Shown: positions 39,101-49,854 of the stretch, piece by piece
Layout: the number at the start of each line of letters is the position of its first letter
Position numbering within the stretch: the stretch's first letter is position 1
NCBI GenBank assembly: GCA_001643675.2
Contig: LSRY02000019.1
Coordinates: 1,426,001-1,490,000 of the forward strand
Reading direction: 5' to 3'
Source: Monocercomonoides exilis PA203
Lineage: Eukaryota; Protista; Preaxostyla
DNA length: 64,000 nucleotides
Made by a program: the position numbers and the translations under genes
Notes under the pieces: model-generated
The model's input: only the letters and a program-made list of their open reading frames with translations
Database searches by the model: none
Told to the model about the DNA's origin: nothing

Positions 39101-40930
39101 CTCAAATATTCTGCATTGTCTGTTGTTGTCAAATGACGTGTTGTGAATAACTGACAAATCACTCATGCCCAAATTCCCTGTCACAACAGAAAAAAGTGAA
39201 AGGCCTTCAGAATTCATTTTCATCACGACTCCACATCCTTCAGATTCCACTCCGCTAATCGTATAATCATTTGATTCCACATTCACTTCGTTAAGCTCTT
39301 CAATTGTTCCATGCATAACTTTCACATCCTTCACATAATCAGGTATTAACTGACTCATGCAATGACTTATTGTGTTGCAAGCATAATTTTCATTCAGCCC
39401 GCAGCTGAACGTGTCTTTCGCATTTGTCTGATTCTCCTTCGAAGCAACAAATCTGCATCTTCCTCCATTTGGAAGCCATTCGCTTTTATCTCCACCTGCA
39501 TAATACCTAACACCTTCAATTCTTGTTGAATAACAATTAAATAACTGAGAATTATTCGAATTGTCATCGACATATACATCATTTCCATTTGGAGCAGAAT
39601 TTTTGTGGAAAAAGCAAAAGCCCACTATATCTCCTCCATAATTTCTCACCATCATGCTCATGCCACCTCCATGGTAAGGAGAGTAGCATCCTTCAAAAAG
39701 GCAGTTATGAACAACAATTTTATCTACTGGATACCAATGAATTAACCCTCCTCCATCTGTATTTGTTGAACAATGCCCACTACAATTTTGGAAAAAACAA
39801 TCCAAAACGCAATCTTTTGTCTTTGTTGTTTTCGAACTCCAAATTCCAAGTCCTCCACCATCATTTCCAGACCATCCATCTCTGAATAGGCAATTCCCAA
39901 CAAATACTTGAATTGCCATTTCTTCAATTTCTGCCCCTGCACCTCCATCATTTGTTGATGCAACGCAGTAACACTCAACAAATGAGGAATGTTTCACTGT
40001 GCATTCTCCAATTTTCAAAGCATATATCCCTCCTCCTCTTGTAGATGTCGCATTGCATTTCACAAAAGACGAGTTCTCAACAGTCAGCGTTGCGCTCGAA
40101 TTGTCATGCACATACAGTGCTCCACCACATGAAGCATTGCACCCAATCCATTCAGCGTTCACATACGACTGATTTTTGGTTGTTTCATTTCGCTCAGTGT
40201 TTTTCATCTTCCGATCCACTCTTTCATTCTGAAAAAATGTGCAATTGTTGCAGTTGAATGAGCCAGATCCTTCTGTTCCACCCACGATTCCTCCCTCAAG
40301 CACATTCATCGATCGTTCAATGTCACAATTCTCTATTGAACTCATCCTCATTATCCTCTCTTTCTCAATTGGCATCTCCTCTGTTTCAATAATTTTCATT
40401 GTGATATTCGCAAATCGACAGTTTTTGATCTCTTCAAAGCCTCCTGCACCCTCTCTCAGAATGCTGCCTCCACTCCCACAAAGCACAACATCCTCAAACT
40501 CACTGTTTCTCACAAACAACTTCGGCAAATCACCCCCGTCCATCTTCACCACGCTCCCCATCATTCCACATTCCTGGCCATTCCCAACACCCAAAGTAGT
40601 GTTTATCAGCCAGCATGTCCCTCCATTCCTCACATAATTCCCATTCCGCTCATTGTTTCTCACAAACACACTTCCCTCAACCTGCAGCAATGATCCTACT
40701 CTTATTTCGAACATCACGCAATCATCTGGCTTTTCAAGCAGCATCCCTTTCATTTCAACTGACGAGTTGTGTATTTCGCAGAACATTTGAACAACGCTTC
40801 CCTTCCCAAAAATACCACTCTTCTCCATTCCACGAACATGGAAAACATCATATTCATTTCTCAATCTATCATTTCTGTCTTTGCCACAAATTGCTGACAA
40901 CAAGCACACAAAATAAATTGAAAGAATCAT
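33101..40930 (-). CDS. Intronless receptor-like pseudokinase: signal peptide, right-handed beta-helix (GGA/FxxN, Pmp/pectin-lyase-like) ectodomain, one TM helix, degenerate TKL-type kinase C-lobe
   Basis: 2609-aa ORF. N-terminal hydrophobic leader, repeated GGALY/GGGIY/GGGLF and FxxC/FxxN motifs, TM segment WIIIVIVLAMLFLIVLITLILFVI, then RWKAPE and VFSIGMMLWECLTLEIPF. No GxGxxG, HRD or DFG motif. Confidence 0.85.
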   Translation of the reverse strand: MILSIYFVCLLSAICGKDRNDRLRNEYDVFHVRGMEKSGIFGKGSVVQMFCEIHNSSVEMKGMLLEKPDDCVMFEIRVGSLLQVEGSVFVRNNERNGNYVRNGGTCWLINTTLGVGNGQECGMMGSVVKMDGGDLPKLFVRNSEFEDVVLCGSGGSILREGAGGFEEIKNCRFANITMKIIETEEMPIEKERIMRMSSIENCDIERSMNVLEGGIVGGTEGSGSFNCNNCTFFQNERVDRKMKNTERNETTKNQSYVNAEWIGCNASCGGALYVHDNSSATLTVENSSFVKCNATSTRGGGIYALKIGECTVKHSSFVECYCVASTNDGGAGAEIEEMAIQVFVGNCLFRDGWSGNDGGGLGIWSSKTTKTKDCVLDCFFQNCSGHCSTNTDGGGLIHWYPVDKIVVHNCLFEGCYSPYHGGGMSMMVRNYGGDIVGFCFFHKNSAPNGNDVYVDDNSNNSQLFNCYSTRIEGVRYYAGGDKSEWLPNGGRCRFVASKENQTNAKDTFSCGLNENYACNTISHCMSQLIPDYVKDVKVMHGTIEELNEVNVESNDYTISGVESEGCGVVMKMNSEGLSLFSVVTGNLGMSDLSVIHNTSFDNNRQCRIFEVRGAGKIEARRLNISMDAAHSEERSIQNSLGKVDGGELEMKEVKWGQTFITTNVISLSQGSIVSLSLDNCMFSNIVRTTAGPSLMNVGEGSHSISFEGCTIDGCGSEDSDFGGGMMIEIGSGDSLSVNGGVVRNCYASTTQGRGGGIGLKVKDINAEFLISSAFEGNRAKLGSGIFVDSIDLELTATSGKITSVTASFDTKNKVQGYDNGDESFPIPLCIYLWNNFSGPAFVGGGLLSHDFSKCGFEEFPCSTISKAVSLHFEGKKKDVALLEPFVFEEELELASYEWSIASKEDKMKCNVSDQKEGAQSGLIKNTVSMSVTGIAFSLKKSLTFHESVFECHSGKLTLNGCGMEGGTESISTVFVKAVGGVVEVSEFGSENMKKGDSSIFVVEGNAESVPSMNMTNSDFGEITFGDGCIVECHNGNIEEISGCSFSSITRSKGSGGCISVSNNEVGNDYKTEIFDCTFEDCTVFGEEEEIGGGAFFYEASANAKLMVSGCTFYCCTAPHEEGGVGYGGGIMLKILKEEEAGFVISIPVFSSDKPNNAKYGKDLFISSPSLVKSIKNETLPFVKDRLEKLTEDSMRGYDGRNRECAIPLIYFWKEIGSNVFITEEGNNVVVCGLSEYPCRSVDYGLKRTVSSGVERMIIHGVCDARSEMSVSGMRLEGTNGETDKIQFVKAIEGDGDAIVGCKGIVQFKEMGMVIPTAFDNEASILIQTGSDAIKTSIVSCSINTHGSAEGEVSFVLISASKGIVEIEKTNIAGLSSMCEIMSVSTDCAIAMDNVTFEDIALSGKSAIAMRENEISGVGNDNAEEVWNIVFEQCTFMNVKQSASNNPSLLCCDVPNEVRLKMENSTIDGCGSTNSNEGGGVFFLFNERGRLEMNHTNVVKCFCSNIGRGGGLFLKSQSVAQKTLPFVLSNITFRENVASKGRDVFVKCTDLDSQISESQFLINFGEPFVKELAIWGCTADNYGDEEDLLRRVFVFRSEFIFVSSIVGNSSNSKNCGEMKGACSSLNVGVSHIIPSDYSQLNVWNETRLSGSCSAQRVTIKSMEASRNAEIKVSEISLADEGVVRTSESVRFEKVIFAFDGAQNTICSCLLHQMSGSLILESVSFHSESRTTANSQLLFDASLIVVENGVFEADACSVNSLGFTKPVFNILDSERSSFDDLGVDDVRCKSSVIECGKSEKVSVSRLTATNITLQNESLISFENGRSSLFVSLVLSSFSNISRSASGSCIVCTTHPMGCFEMCNCSLSKCSSESQRGSQVAITSAEKILMESCVFEGSLEERTENYLNAEEEICRWNGSVVDVAKSSAMLKDTTILNSPEGGITTSGGNVKIEAGSFSNNNPSIEGYPSLRRNIICSDSGTLNVMSLKGGDGLERNTSLWMLNDWCNFEGIVPERDSSFFIPVLESAEAKEETDRMKLTFKGMLFIPCNLSFSVVKRKGEEKEIEHYDFYSNGFLSETEVEGRLAKDVISSCGNEIEVSVHILFGNAESPSSTQQFILKNASEAKTNGNERIVEGGNKTAPYWIIIVIVLAMLFLIVLITLILFVIRWKKVKNEAEDLREIVNDNIRKDPKAFEMVTMEMSPEEQWRRAEREAEKKNEERIKKRVFEKSLGHSESSEHLLSESGSTEYILGRDSDKIPEWMLEKVDEKEEDDEETRKRTPSPSISSTSTTDSDSTFVRGEDLCPTTSSMSNLVDAMACSSPHEKLIVDLRDSLFMLLHGRNKTKEMAIGTLKEREQTAAQILFWVANLSLHSFDEMENELSSLTNLSPHIILFSEHMVICIVMHSDLLSDDDSDSSSISSSTVVTSASDDGDDDSDSLPSSAFEDEDDNFKKECLRWKAPELLINKKMGATEKSVVFSIGMMLWECLTLEIPFGEYEAEAAGQKILNGERPMSKTVLGNKAENVIELLVSQEDSERPCLVWVKRVCIQKFPQGEAVLTLSDAIDFVTDEEIEVREGKEKDEEDKEEKEEEISGEGKEEKGKSESKRTDGVKC

Positions 40931-42650
40931 TGCTCCAATTTTTATTATGGGTTTCTTCGAAAAATACTCTATTTTTGCTGCATAACATTATCTTGTGAAA
41001 TTTTAAAAAAGACAATTTCATACACCATTTCCATTTTCTGAAACCAATTTTCTTCCTTTAGTCCCATTTTTCTTATTCATTCAATTTTAATATTAATTCC
41101 AAGAAACTGTCATCTTCAATAAATTTCTTCTTATTTTTTTTTAATTTTTGAATCTCATCTTTCCCCTTCGATACTTAGCTTGAATGAAATTTCTCGTCCC
41201 CTCAGTTCCTTTTGCATCTTCGGGCATCTTCATGAAAATGTTTCATTTTTTCCAGAATTTCCTTGTTTTATTCACTTAAATTCATAGTCTTCTGGAGAAA
41301 AAATTTGGAAATATTAAAAAATAAAAAGAAATATAAATAAAAAAACCAAGAAATAATTCTGAATGTTCCAATGCTGCACATTATTGCTTTTGCTTCATTG
41401 AATAATATTGTTTCAATTCTTTGCTAAGTCTTCAAAACTATATTTTCCTGCAATTCTTTTCAGCGGAATTTCTTTTTTCCTTTTTTCAGAAAGAAATTGA
41501 TTTTTGATTCAATATCCTCTATTATTTCTCTTTTCTGATTTTTCTTCATTTGTTCCTTTTCATGATCCTCATTTTGCTCTCTTCAATTGCATATCTTCCC
41601 TTTTTCAAATCTTTCTTCTTCTTTGAGGCATTCAATGTTTTCCATCAGAATTTGTATTTTCCTGATGATTTAAATTGCAGATTTATTTTTTGTTCAATCT
41701 CGTTTCAGGTCATTCTGAACAGTTATCCAACGAAATTCTATCTTTTTCAGAGATTTTCCTGTTCCTTCAAAAATGCCTCAATTCAGCCTTTTCTTGCATT
41801 TATTGAGTATTAAAAATTGTTTTTTTGACGAATAAGAGGTGATTTGGAGATTGCTCAATCTTGATAACTGCTTTTTCCAGAAAATAATTTCCATATTCCC
41901 ATTTTCGCTATTGAGTTGTTATGTTATTCACATCTTTGTGCAATCGGAGAAGGATTTGTAAGTTTCTGTGATTAATAATCTAAATAATCCATTTTCTGAT
42001 GATTGAATAAAACGTTCCTAAAATGCGCATATAATAAATTGTTTTGATAAAAGAAAACCTCAAACCTTCAATTCATTTGGCACTTCCGTTGTTTTTGTTC
42101 TTGGTCTGTTTTCTCTTCAGATTCGAGTCTGACAATGCAATCATTCTTTTGCATTTTCGAACCAAATGCAGCCTTTTGAGGAAAATGAAATTGGCCACAA
42201 AGAAACGAATATAAAGACAAACATTTATGTGAAATATGATTATTTTTCTCTGGAATCACGTGGAATGGCCTTGAGTGAATCATTTTTTGAAAAAAAAAGA
42301 CATTTAGTCATTGATATCATAAGGTCTTGGTAGAAAAGTGGAGTTTCTGCAATAATACAAATAATTGAGCAGGAAGGAAAATGAATAAAAACATTTGTGC
42401 TGCATTTGCATTTTAAAATAAATCAATTTTCTTCTAACAAAAATAACTGGAACAAACTGGAAATTCCATCTTCATCCATGTAAAAATGAAAAATAAATAA
42501 TTGTTTGTACAAGTTTCATCTTGAAACATTCCTTAGCAAATTCAAAAAACTTCGGAAAACGGAAAAGAAAAAGTGCAGGAATTTTTATATTATTATGGGG
42601 TTGTGAGTATTTTAAAAAAGAAACCTTGAGAATTAGATCTGGTTGTTTTC

Positions 42651-42742
42651 AAAAGAAAGAAAGAAAGAAAAGAAAAGAAAAAAAAACAAAAGAAAAAGAA
42701 AGAAAAGAAAAGAAAAGAAAAGAAAAGAAAAGAAAAGAAAAG

Positions 42743-42775
<33 letters not shown>

Positions 42776-42835
42776 GAAAAAAGAAAAAAGAAAAAAGAAA
42801 AAAGAAAAAAAGAAAAAAGAAAAAAGAAAAATAAA
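42651..42835. repeat. (AAAAG)n / A-rich microsatellite
   Basis: Directly visible tandem AAAAG grading into AAAAAAG units. Confidence 0.9.
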
Positions 42836-43019
42836 TAAATGAGAAAAAATAAAAAATAAAAAATAAATAATATATTGAATTTTGAACCTGGTATTTTTTG
42901 AATTAAATGACCTCATTTTAAAAAAAACCCAGTTCATTCGAATAGTGTCATCTTTATATTGGCACTTTTTTCTTTATTGGCACCAAAATTTTTAGAATTG
43001 AAAAAAAGGTAAAAACACA

Positions 43020-44864
43020 TCAAAAAAATACAAAACTCGAATCAATTTCTCTTATTACTTTTCTTTTTCCATTTTCACGTTCAAAGGGGTCAAATTCATC
43101 ACTTGTTTCATCGTCATCATTCTTAATTTTTCTGAATTTTCTTTTCACTTTTTTCTCCAAGGGCAATTCTTCTTCTTCAATTTCCTTTTCTTTTTCTTCA
43201 ATTTCTTCAATTTTCATCTTGTGTTTTTCATTATATTCATCCCATTCATCAAGAAGCTTTTCTTTTGTTATTTCTTTTCCGAAGAAGTCGAAACAATGCG
43301 AATGAGAAGGAATGAAGTATTGAGAAGACTGAGGAAGCTTCATCAACACAGATCCAGATCCATTGCTGAGGACTTCGTTGTTAATGAAGGCTTTTTTGAT
43401 CACAGATGGTGTGAATGCTGTGTGAAGGGCTTGTGGCAACACATCTGCAACAGCTGTAATTTTTGAAGATGAGGAGGTGGATGATGGAGAGCTGTAATTG
43501 TTTGAAAGCTCTGACTTCAACACTGCAAATACGCCTCTGTCCAGCGGCTGAGATATGTGTGTTGTGTGTAGAACGATAGTGATGACGTCAATTTCCACTT
43601 CTTTTAACAGTCTCCATATGGGTGATTATTTTTGAAAAGTCGCTAATGTTTAATTCTCAAATAAATCGAAAATTTCATATTTTGTTCAAATTTTTGTTTG
43701 CATACACCAAACTTCTCTAATATGGAATCAATTTCTGGATAATGCCTTTTCAAACATTCTTTTGAAGATTCGTGAGCAGAAACAGAAATTTGAGTAAAAT
43801 ATGATTTTTTTATTTTTTTGAAAATTAAACATTTGCGACTTTACAAAAAGAATCACACATATAGTTGGATCTGCCCGTGATGAGTGTGAATCCAGGAGAA
43901 GAAGGCAACGATGAGATTCCTTAAAGATGCGTTTTCTTCTGTCAATGATAGCTGGCAGCAGGATTGCAAAGGCGTATTTTTTGGATGCTGTTTTGTCCAT
44001 CCAGCCGTTTGTGTTTGGCCAAATGTCAATTGACTGTGTTAACAGTGTTGTCAGTTCTTTCGGAAGAGATGCGTTCTGCAACAGCACGATAGACGGAAGC
44101 GAGAAACCATCAGCAGCGATTCCAGCGACGAGAGAAGCATTCGGCATCCGTTCAGCAGTCTTTTTGAATCCAGCTTGTTCATTTGTGGGATGAACAATAA
44201 CGCCACGTGTAGAAGTTGGAATTCGAAGCGAAGATTCATCGATATTGAGGATTAATTCCTCCTAATATTTGTTTTCATCGTGTAATGAATGTAATTTGGT
44301 AAACCACGGCCTTCGGACTTTCTGGCAAGATGCCGCAAGTCTGTTGATATCAACTTGGTTTGGAAGCGATAACTTCAACTCCGGATGGCACTTTATGAAT
44401 GCGTGAACCGTCTTCAGAGTGATTGTCTTTTTCTTCTTTTCTTCATTTTCTCCTTCTTCTTCACTATCGTTAATTATATTTTCCATCTAAATACAAATTA
44501 ATAAACAATTCAGATATCAATTGCAAACCAGATCACGTGCTTTTCTTAATGAGAGGCTAGTCCCAGATCGGGATTCAATTGTAACTTCTTCCAAGAATTG
44601 CTTTTCTTTTTCTCCGATGATAATTGGCGGGTGTCCCACTTTTGCAATCGGCCTGCAGTTTTTTATTGCTTTAACAGCGTGTTTCAAAGATTTTTTACCG
44701 ATTCCATCAAAATTTACCCCGTCGACCAGCCTAACATCATTATCATTCACAATGTGAGCAATCCTTTCTAATCTTGAACAGTGTTTTCTGTAATGCAATG
44801 AAGACATTGCTTCCTTCAGCTGCTTCTGCGCCGCTTGAGCTTTCTTTTTCACTAGTAATTTCAT
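43020..44864 (-). pseudogene. Disrupted pogo/Fot1-like (DDE_1, DD35D) DNA transposase with one spliceosomal intron
   Basis: HTH region GHPPIIIGEKEKQFLE...AFIKCHPELKL and catalytic motifs NIDES, LLLDSHSSR and HTTHISQPLD (35 residues between D2 and D3 after removing the insert). GT-AG intron at 44528-44487. Lesions: in-frame TAG at 44264-44262 and a MITE insertion at 43619-43859. Confidence 0.88.
43619..43859. mobile_element. 241-bp MITE with ~80-bp imperfect TIRs and TA target-site duplication, inserted in the transposase
   Basis: Left end TA|TGGGTGATTATTTTTGAAAAGTCGCTAATGTTTAATT; right end reverse complement TA|TGTGTGATTCTTTTTGTAAAGTCGCAAATGTTTAATT. Removing it restores ...ADPTIWRLLKEVEIDV. 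Confidence 0.9.
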
Positions 44865-47704
44865 ATTGGTGTTTTTTTTATGAAAAAAAGATTAACATGA
44901 CTTGAAATGTCGTTAACATTTTTCAGCGTTATTTTATGAATTCCGTTTAAAAAATTGTTCATAAAAGATAATAAATGAAAACTTTTATGATTTATTTATT
45001 TATTTGTATTTGTCTTCAGACATTTTTAAGTCAAAGAATGAATAATCTTTTAAAACATCTTTGATCACAACATAAGTTGGAAATATAAATCCAAAACATT
45101 TGCTTTTCCTTTTTTTCGTGATCACAAGTGTCAAATGAACAATGATGTGACATCGCGAGCAGAATGGAGAGGCTTGCCAGCTGTTTCATTACCGAAAATG
45201 ACATGTCTTCTTTGGAACGAACAATGAACAGTTTTGCATCGAAATCACTTCCTTTCCTCATTCTCATTGTTCCAGCAGTTGTTCCACAAACAGACACTCA
45301 CAGTTACTGGGCATCCACCAACAGAGTCTGGCGCATCAGCAGCTTCACGGAACCTTTCCATTTTGTATTTTTCTTGAAAGGAGGTGAAACGACAATAAAT
45401 ATGATGTTTTCACTCACACTCAAGATTGTGTGTGATTTTTCGAAATACTGGTTGCATATTGCCAAACATGAATTCTGCCACATGGATTTCATGCACTTTT
45501 TTTGGACAACAACCGATGCAGTATTTGAATTTATTTTTTTTTTTACAAAACATTGCAGAACTGAATCCCTCACAAACCACGTAGAGTGAGAATACTTGGA
45601 GCATTGTTTCACGTTCTCGCATGTATCTGATATTTTCTCTTCGAAGCCTTTGCCGACTTGAGCCGATAACAATTTTTTGGTTGCTTGTCACAATTTCTCC
45701 GTTGATTTGAACAGAGCGATTTGTTTGCCCTCACATATGAGCGAAATGCAATGTTTAATATCATGGATTGAGCTGATGAAGCTTTTCGCAAGCATTTTTG
45801 CAGATAGAGCCATGATGATTTTTCACTGATCCTTTTGAGTAATTCTCCTTTCCATCCAAAGAAGCGTTGTTGGAGCCTCAGAACATGATTTTCGACCAAG
45901 CATGTTATTGTACTTCTACAAAGAAATTCTGCATATTTCTCCAATATATTTATTGTTCTTCCACATATTTCAGCCTCAAGGAAGAAGCTATGCCATATAA
46001 ACGATTTGAAAAAACAATGAGAATGTTATTTGCCATTCAATCAATGACAAATATCCTTCCCCTACCATCATTGGTTCCACTTGATTGCTTCATTTTGGAA
46101 TATGGGTCCATTTTCAACATCAACTGTATCTTTCTTCTCTGATTCACTCAAAAAATTGATGATAATGATGAAAATGAAATAATTTCTTCATTGTTTGTTC
46201 AATCTCATTTTAATGACAGATGAGAAGATGGAGATTGAGGCATGTGCGAATGAAGAGTGTTATTTACCGCTTGTTTCTTTGCAGATGATCCAGTCAAATT
46301 AATTGGATGAAAAAATGAAGATGGCATCAAATATTCATGTGATATTTGTTATAGAAGAGGATAATGGCCAAAGAGATAAATTCATAAATATTATTTGAAG
46401 GTTTGATTGATTGGTTGATTCATTTTATTATTCATTTTTTTTTTATCAATTGATTTTCATCAGAAAAGAAGAAGAAGAAAAAGAAGAAAAACCCAATAAA
46501 CACGATATTTCTTTTCAACCTGGCCGACTTCAGCAAAGGCAAAAACTGAATTCTATTAAGAAATAACAGGATTTGGCGACTGAGCTGCCATGGAGAATGA
46601 ACAGATTGGGAGGCTTTGGAGAAAGGAAAAGGATGATTCAAAGAGCAGCAAGGCAATGAAATGATGAATAAGGAATAATGAGAATTATAAGATAACTTAA
46701 TAAGACGAAATGCGATTCGTGCACGATCATTTTTAACAATCGTCAGTTAATATCTTCTTTTGTTCATCTGTTCTGTTCATTTCTTCAACATTCACTAACA
46801 CAATACTCACTGAAGCTAATCTCACTTGAAGATGATGTGCCAGCAGATGTTTATGAAGGGGAAAGAAATACAGACATAAGAGGAGCAGAGATGTATTAGT
46901 ATTGACTGATGTTTGAAGGAAACGTTTTGGACGATTGTACAGTTGGAAAGGGATTTTCGATGGTTGCGCATTGGTTTTGTTGTGCTCTTCTGGGGGTGTC
47001 AAAATCGCTTTCATTGATGGTTATGATTTCATTCTGGAAGATGAGGGAAAGTCAGTTGTTGAACACATTGTTATCTTCAGTTCCATTGTTCCACACTTTT
47101 TATGTTGTGGTTGTTGAAACACAAAACTTGAATGGGAATTGTGTGTGAAATTTTTACCACTGAAGAATACATCATTTTCATTCCATTTGTGGATGAATAG
47201 CAATAGAAACAATGGAACAACTACCATTAAGTCGTATCTATTCGAATTATTCCAGAAATTCTTCATCGTCCATCACCTGTTAAAGTTATACAAAATGATT
47301 AACAATTTTTGAAAGTGATTTTATTTTTTCTCAAAAATTCTTTGCTTTTTGCGTTCACAAATGTGCTTTTGAATACAAATGAAAGCCAATTATTCATCAT
47401 ATATCCATCTTAATTTTCAAGTTATATTTTCTTCAGAAAAACTTCTCGGGAAATTTAAAAAACTCTTTTTTTGGAGTAAACAAAATATTGCTTTCCATTG
47501 ATACTCCCTTTTTCAAAGAATTATCACAAAACATCTCGTGAGGCTAATAGATATAACAACTGATAGATTTTATCCATAATAAAAAAGATATGAAAATTAC
47601 AAACTATTTGATGTTTTTTGCTTTTTGATCAAAAAATCCCACAATAAACAAACTCAAATAAACACTCTTTATTCAAATTAAAAGTTCTTATTCAGATTTC
47701 ACAA

Positions 47705-49166
47705 ATGAGAAAGATTTCTTCTTTTGATAACAACAAGCTTGTTGCTGGTCCGGAAAGAATGCAACATGCAAAAGCATTTGAAAGTGTGTGTTAGGTATCT
47801 TGTGCAAGCAGTTTTCATTTTTTTTTCAGAATTGTTTGTTGATCTTGAATATTGGTCTGATTCAGAACAAAAAAAGAAAATCGAAGAGATAAATGCAATT
47901 ATCGACGAAATGAATGAAGAAGAATTGGATTCGATCATCACTGAAAAAGTGTTTCGAGAAATATACGAAATGATTTAAGAAAAGAATTTGATGATGTTTA
48001 ATGCAGTTATTCTATTGAAGCATCTGGGATATTGCAAAATGATGAACAGAGCATGGAGTTGTTGTGTTTACAATTCTCACTTGAGACAAAGTTTTGAGAA
48101 TGCAATCATTTATGAAAAAAACAAAATTGAAGGAATGAATGCAAAGCTTGTTGTTGATCTTTTCGAATGCTATGTACATTTTTGGGATATAATTGCAACA
48201 TTCAAGGGTACATTCTTCAAGTTTGCATGCCTTGCCTTTTGAAAGTTGCGTTGAACAAAGACAAAAATGAAGAAGCTCAGAAAGAAGTTGAAATGGCATT
48301 ATTTTCTTTGAGCAACATAAATGGAGTAACGGCATGAGCATGAAAGTTTCATTTGAAATGATCAGGAATTTTGTGGTATTTTTTTATTTTTATTTCAGGA
48401 AATGAAAAAGGAATTATACCTTAAAGAAATCACAGAAATAATAAAGCATCACCAGGAGCGTCTCAACTTGACTCAACTTGCTTATCAATCTACTTGGGAG
48501 TTTTTGATATTCAGATATGAGAATGATAAAAGCTTGGCTGAGACAATTGTTAATGAGTTGCATTTTTCAAGAGAAGCAACACGAGAATTGGAAAAATTGA
48601 CAGAATGTGTGAATCGGAAGATGAAAGAAAATAAACTGGAAAAGAATGAAATGCAAGAAATACAAATTTTGATGAGATGGCTTCGTTTACTAAATAATTT
48701 TTTCATCTCGTGCAAATTATGGAAAGAAGAGCATGCTGAAGTTGAAAGACGTGTTGTGAGCTTGTTTAGAACGACAAAAGTTAAAGAAAAAAGAATTAGT
48801 GATCTATGCATTTCTCTAATAGCAACAATAGCGAAAAGTGAAGCAGTGGGAGTTGACGATTTACTAAAAGGAGGTATCGTTGATGTTGCATTTGAGGAAA
48901 TTCATTGCTTAACGTTGGAAATTGACACTTTCACATATTGTTTGGAACTTTTAAAGGAAATCTGTGATAGGATTAAAATATTGATTGCTCAAAGATATGA
49001 TGTGGGAATGCTTCGAACGATGAGAACAGAGATATTTGAGGTGTTTGAAGAAGATGGATATGAAGATTTAATTGTGAGTTTTCAAGAAATGCTGCCTTTC
49101 TTTGTGGATGAGTGCTTTCAATATGGACTATCAAAAAATTATGAAGATTATTTCATCCGTTTCTAG
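47705..49166 (+). pseudogene. Pseudogenised member of an expanded alpha-helical protein family
   Basis: Contiguous coding-like blocks FSELF...KKIEEINAIIDEMNEEE, LLKHLGYCK, LVVDLFECY, CMPCLLKVA...EEAQKEVEMAL and ELYLKEITEIIKHHQERLNLTQLAYQSTWEFL are broken by an in-frame TAA (47976-47978) and frameshifts (about 47800 and 48200). Intron about 48326-48398. The family assignment is from recall of oxymonad hypothetical proteins. Confidence 0.65.
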
Positions 49167-49854
49167 AGAAAAGCACTCTTCAATTTTTTGTTTGGGAATT
49201 GCATTTCTCGTTGCTAATATTAATTAAAGGAAAAATGAAAGATGCTTTTTTTTTTCTTTTTTCTTTTTCTTTTTTCTTTTTTTGTCTTTCAATTGCTTTG
49301 TTTTGAAAATATTAATTAATATTGAATCGACTATTAATTGGAACTTTTTTATATTTCTCCTTCTCTATGAAGCGCACAATGACTTTCATCATTTCATATA
49401 CATTTTGAACGCATTTTGAACCATTTATTATTTTATTTTTGTTATTTATTCATGAAAAATCGAGATTTTTTGTTTATTTAATTGTTGCTTGCTCGAACAA
49501 AATTATCATTAAAAATTATTCTGAAGAGCATCGATTAAAGAAGTTTTATTTCTCTATTTTTTTTCTTTCAATCAAAAAATTCACAATTTCAGTTATCTTT
49601 TTGTATTTTCAATTTCATCCGCTTGTTGTATGAAATTACAAGTGAGTCTTTTCTTTTCTTTCAATCTTTTTTTTTTCCCAATATTTCACTTTCTAATAAC
49701 AGAAAGATTTCTATAAAAACCTCTGCATGTTTAATAAATAAGAATAAGTTAAAATTATCTATCCTGAAATGTCGAATATTCGATCAAACATATTATTGTG
49801 TTTAAAATATTTAGTTTTATTAACAATCTTTATTTCAATAAATTGAACGACAGA

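Noticed and set aside
42521-42937. Lys-rich and Phe-rich ORFs
   Set aside because: They are translations of the AAAAG microsatellite.
42942-42986. Twice-repeated TATTGGCAC motif as a possible transposon TIR
   Set aside because: No inverted partner was found upstream of the transposase, so the element ends cannot be defined.
45031-47266. Short overlapping ORFs
   Set aside because: No recognisable motif or consistent splice model; at most decayed gene fragments.
44262-47978. In-frame TAG (transposase) and TAA (helical family) as possible TAR=Gln recoding, as in Streblomastix
   Set aside because: Intact genes here end in TAA/TAG (Isf, CID, YhhN-like, cyclin), multi-kb exons contain no in-frame TAR, and both loci have other lesions.
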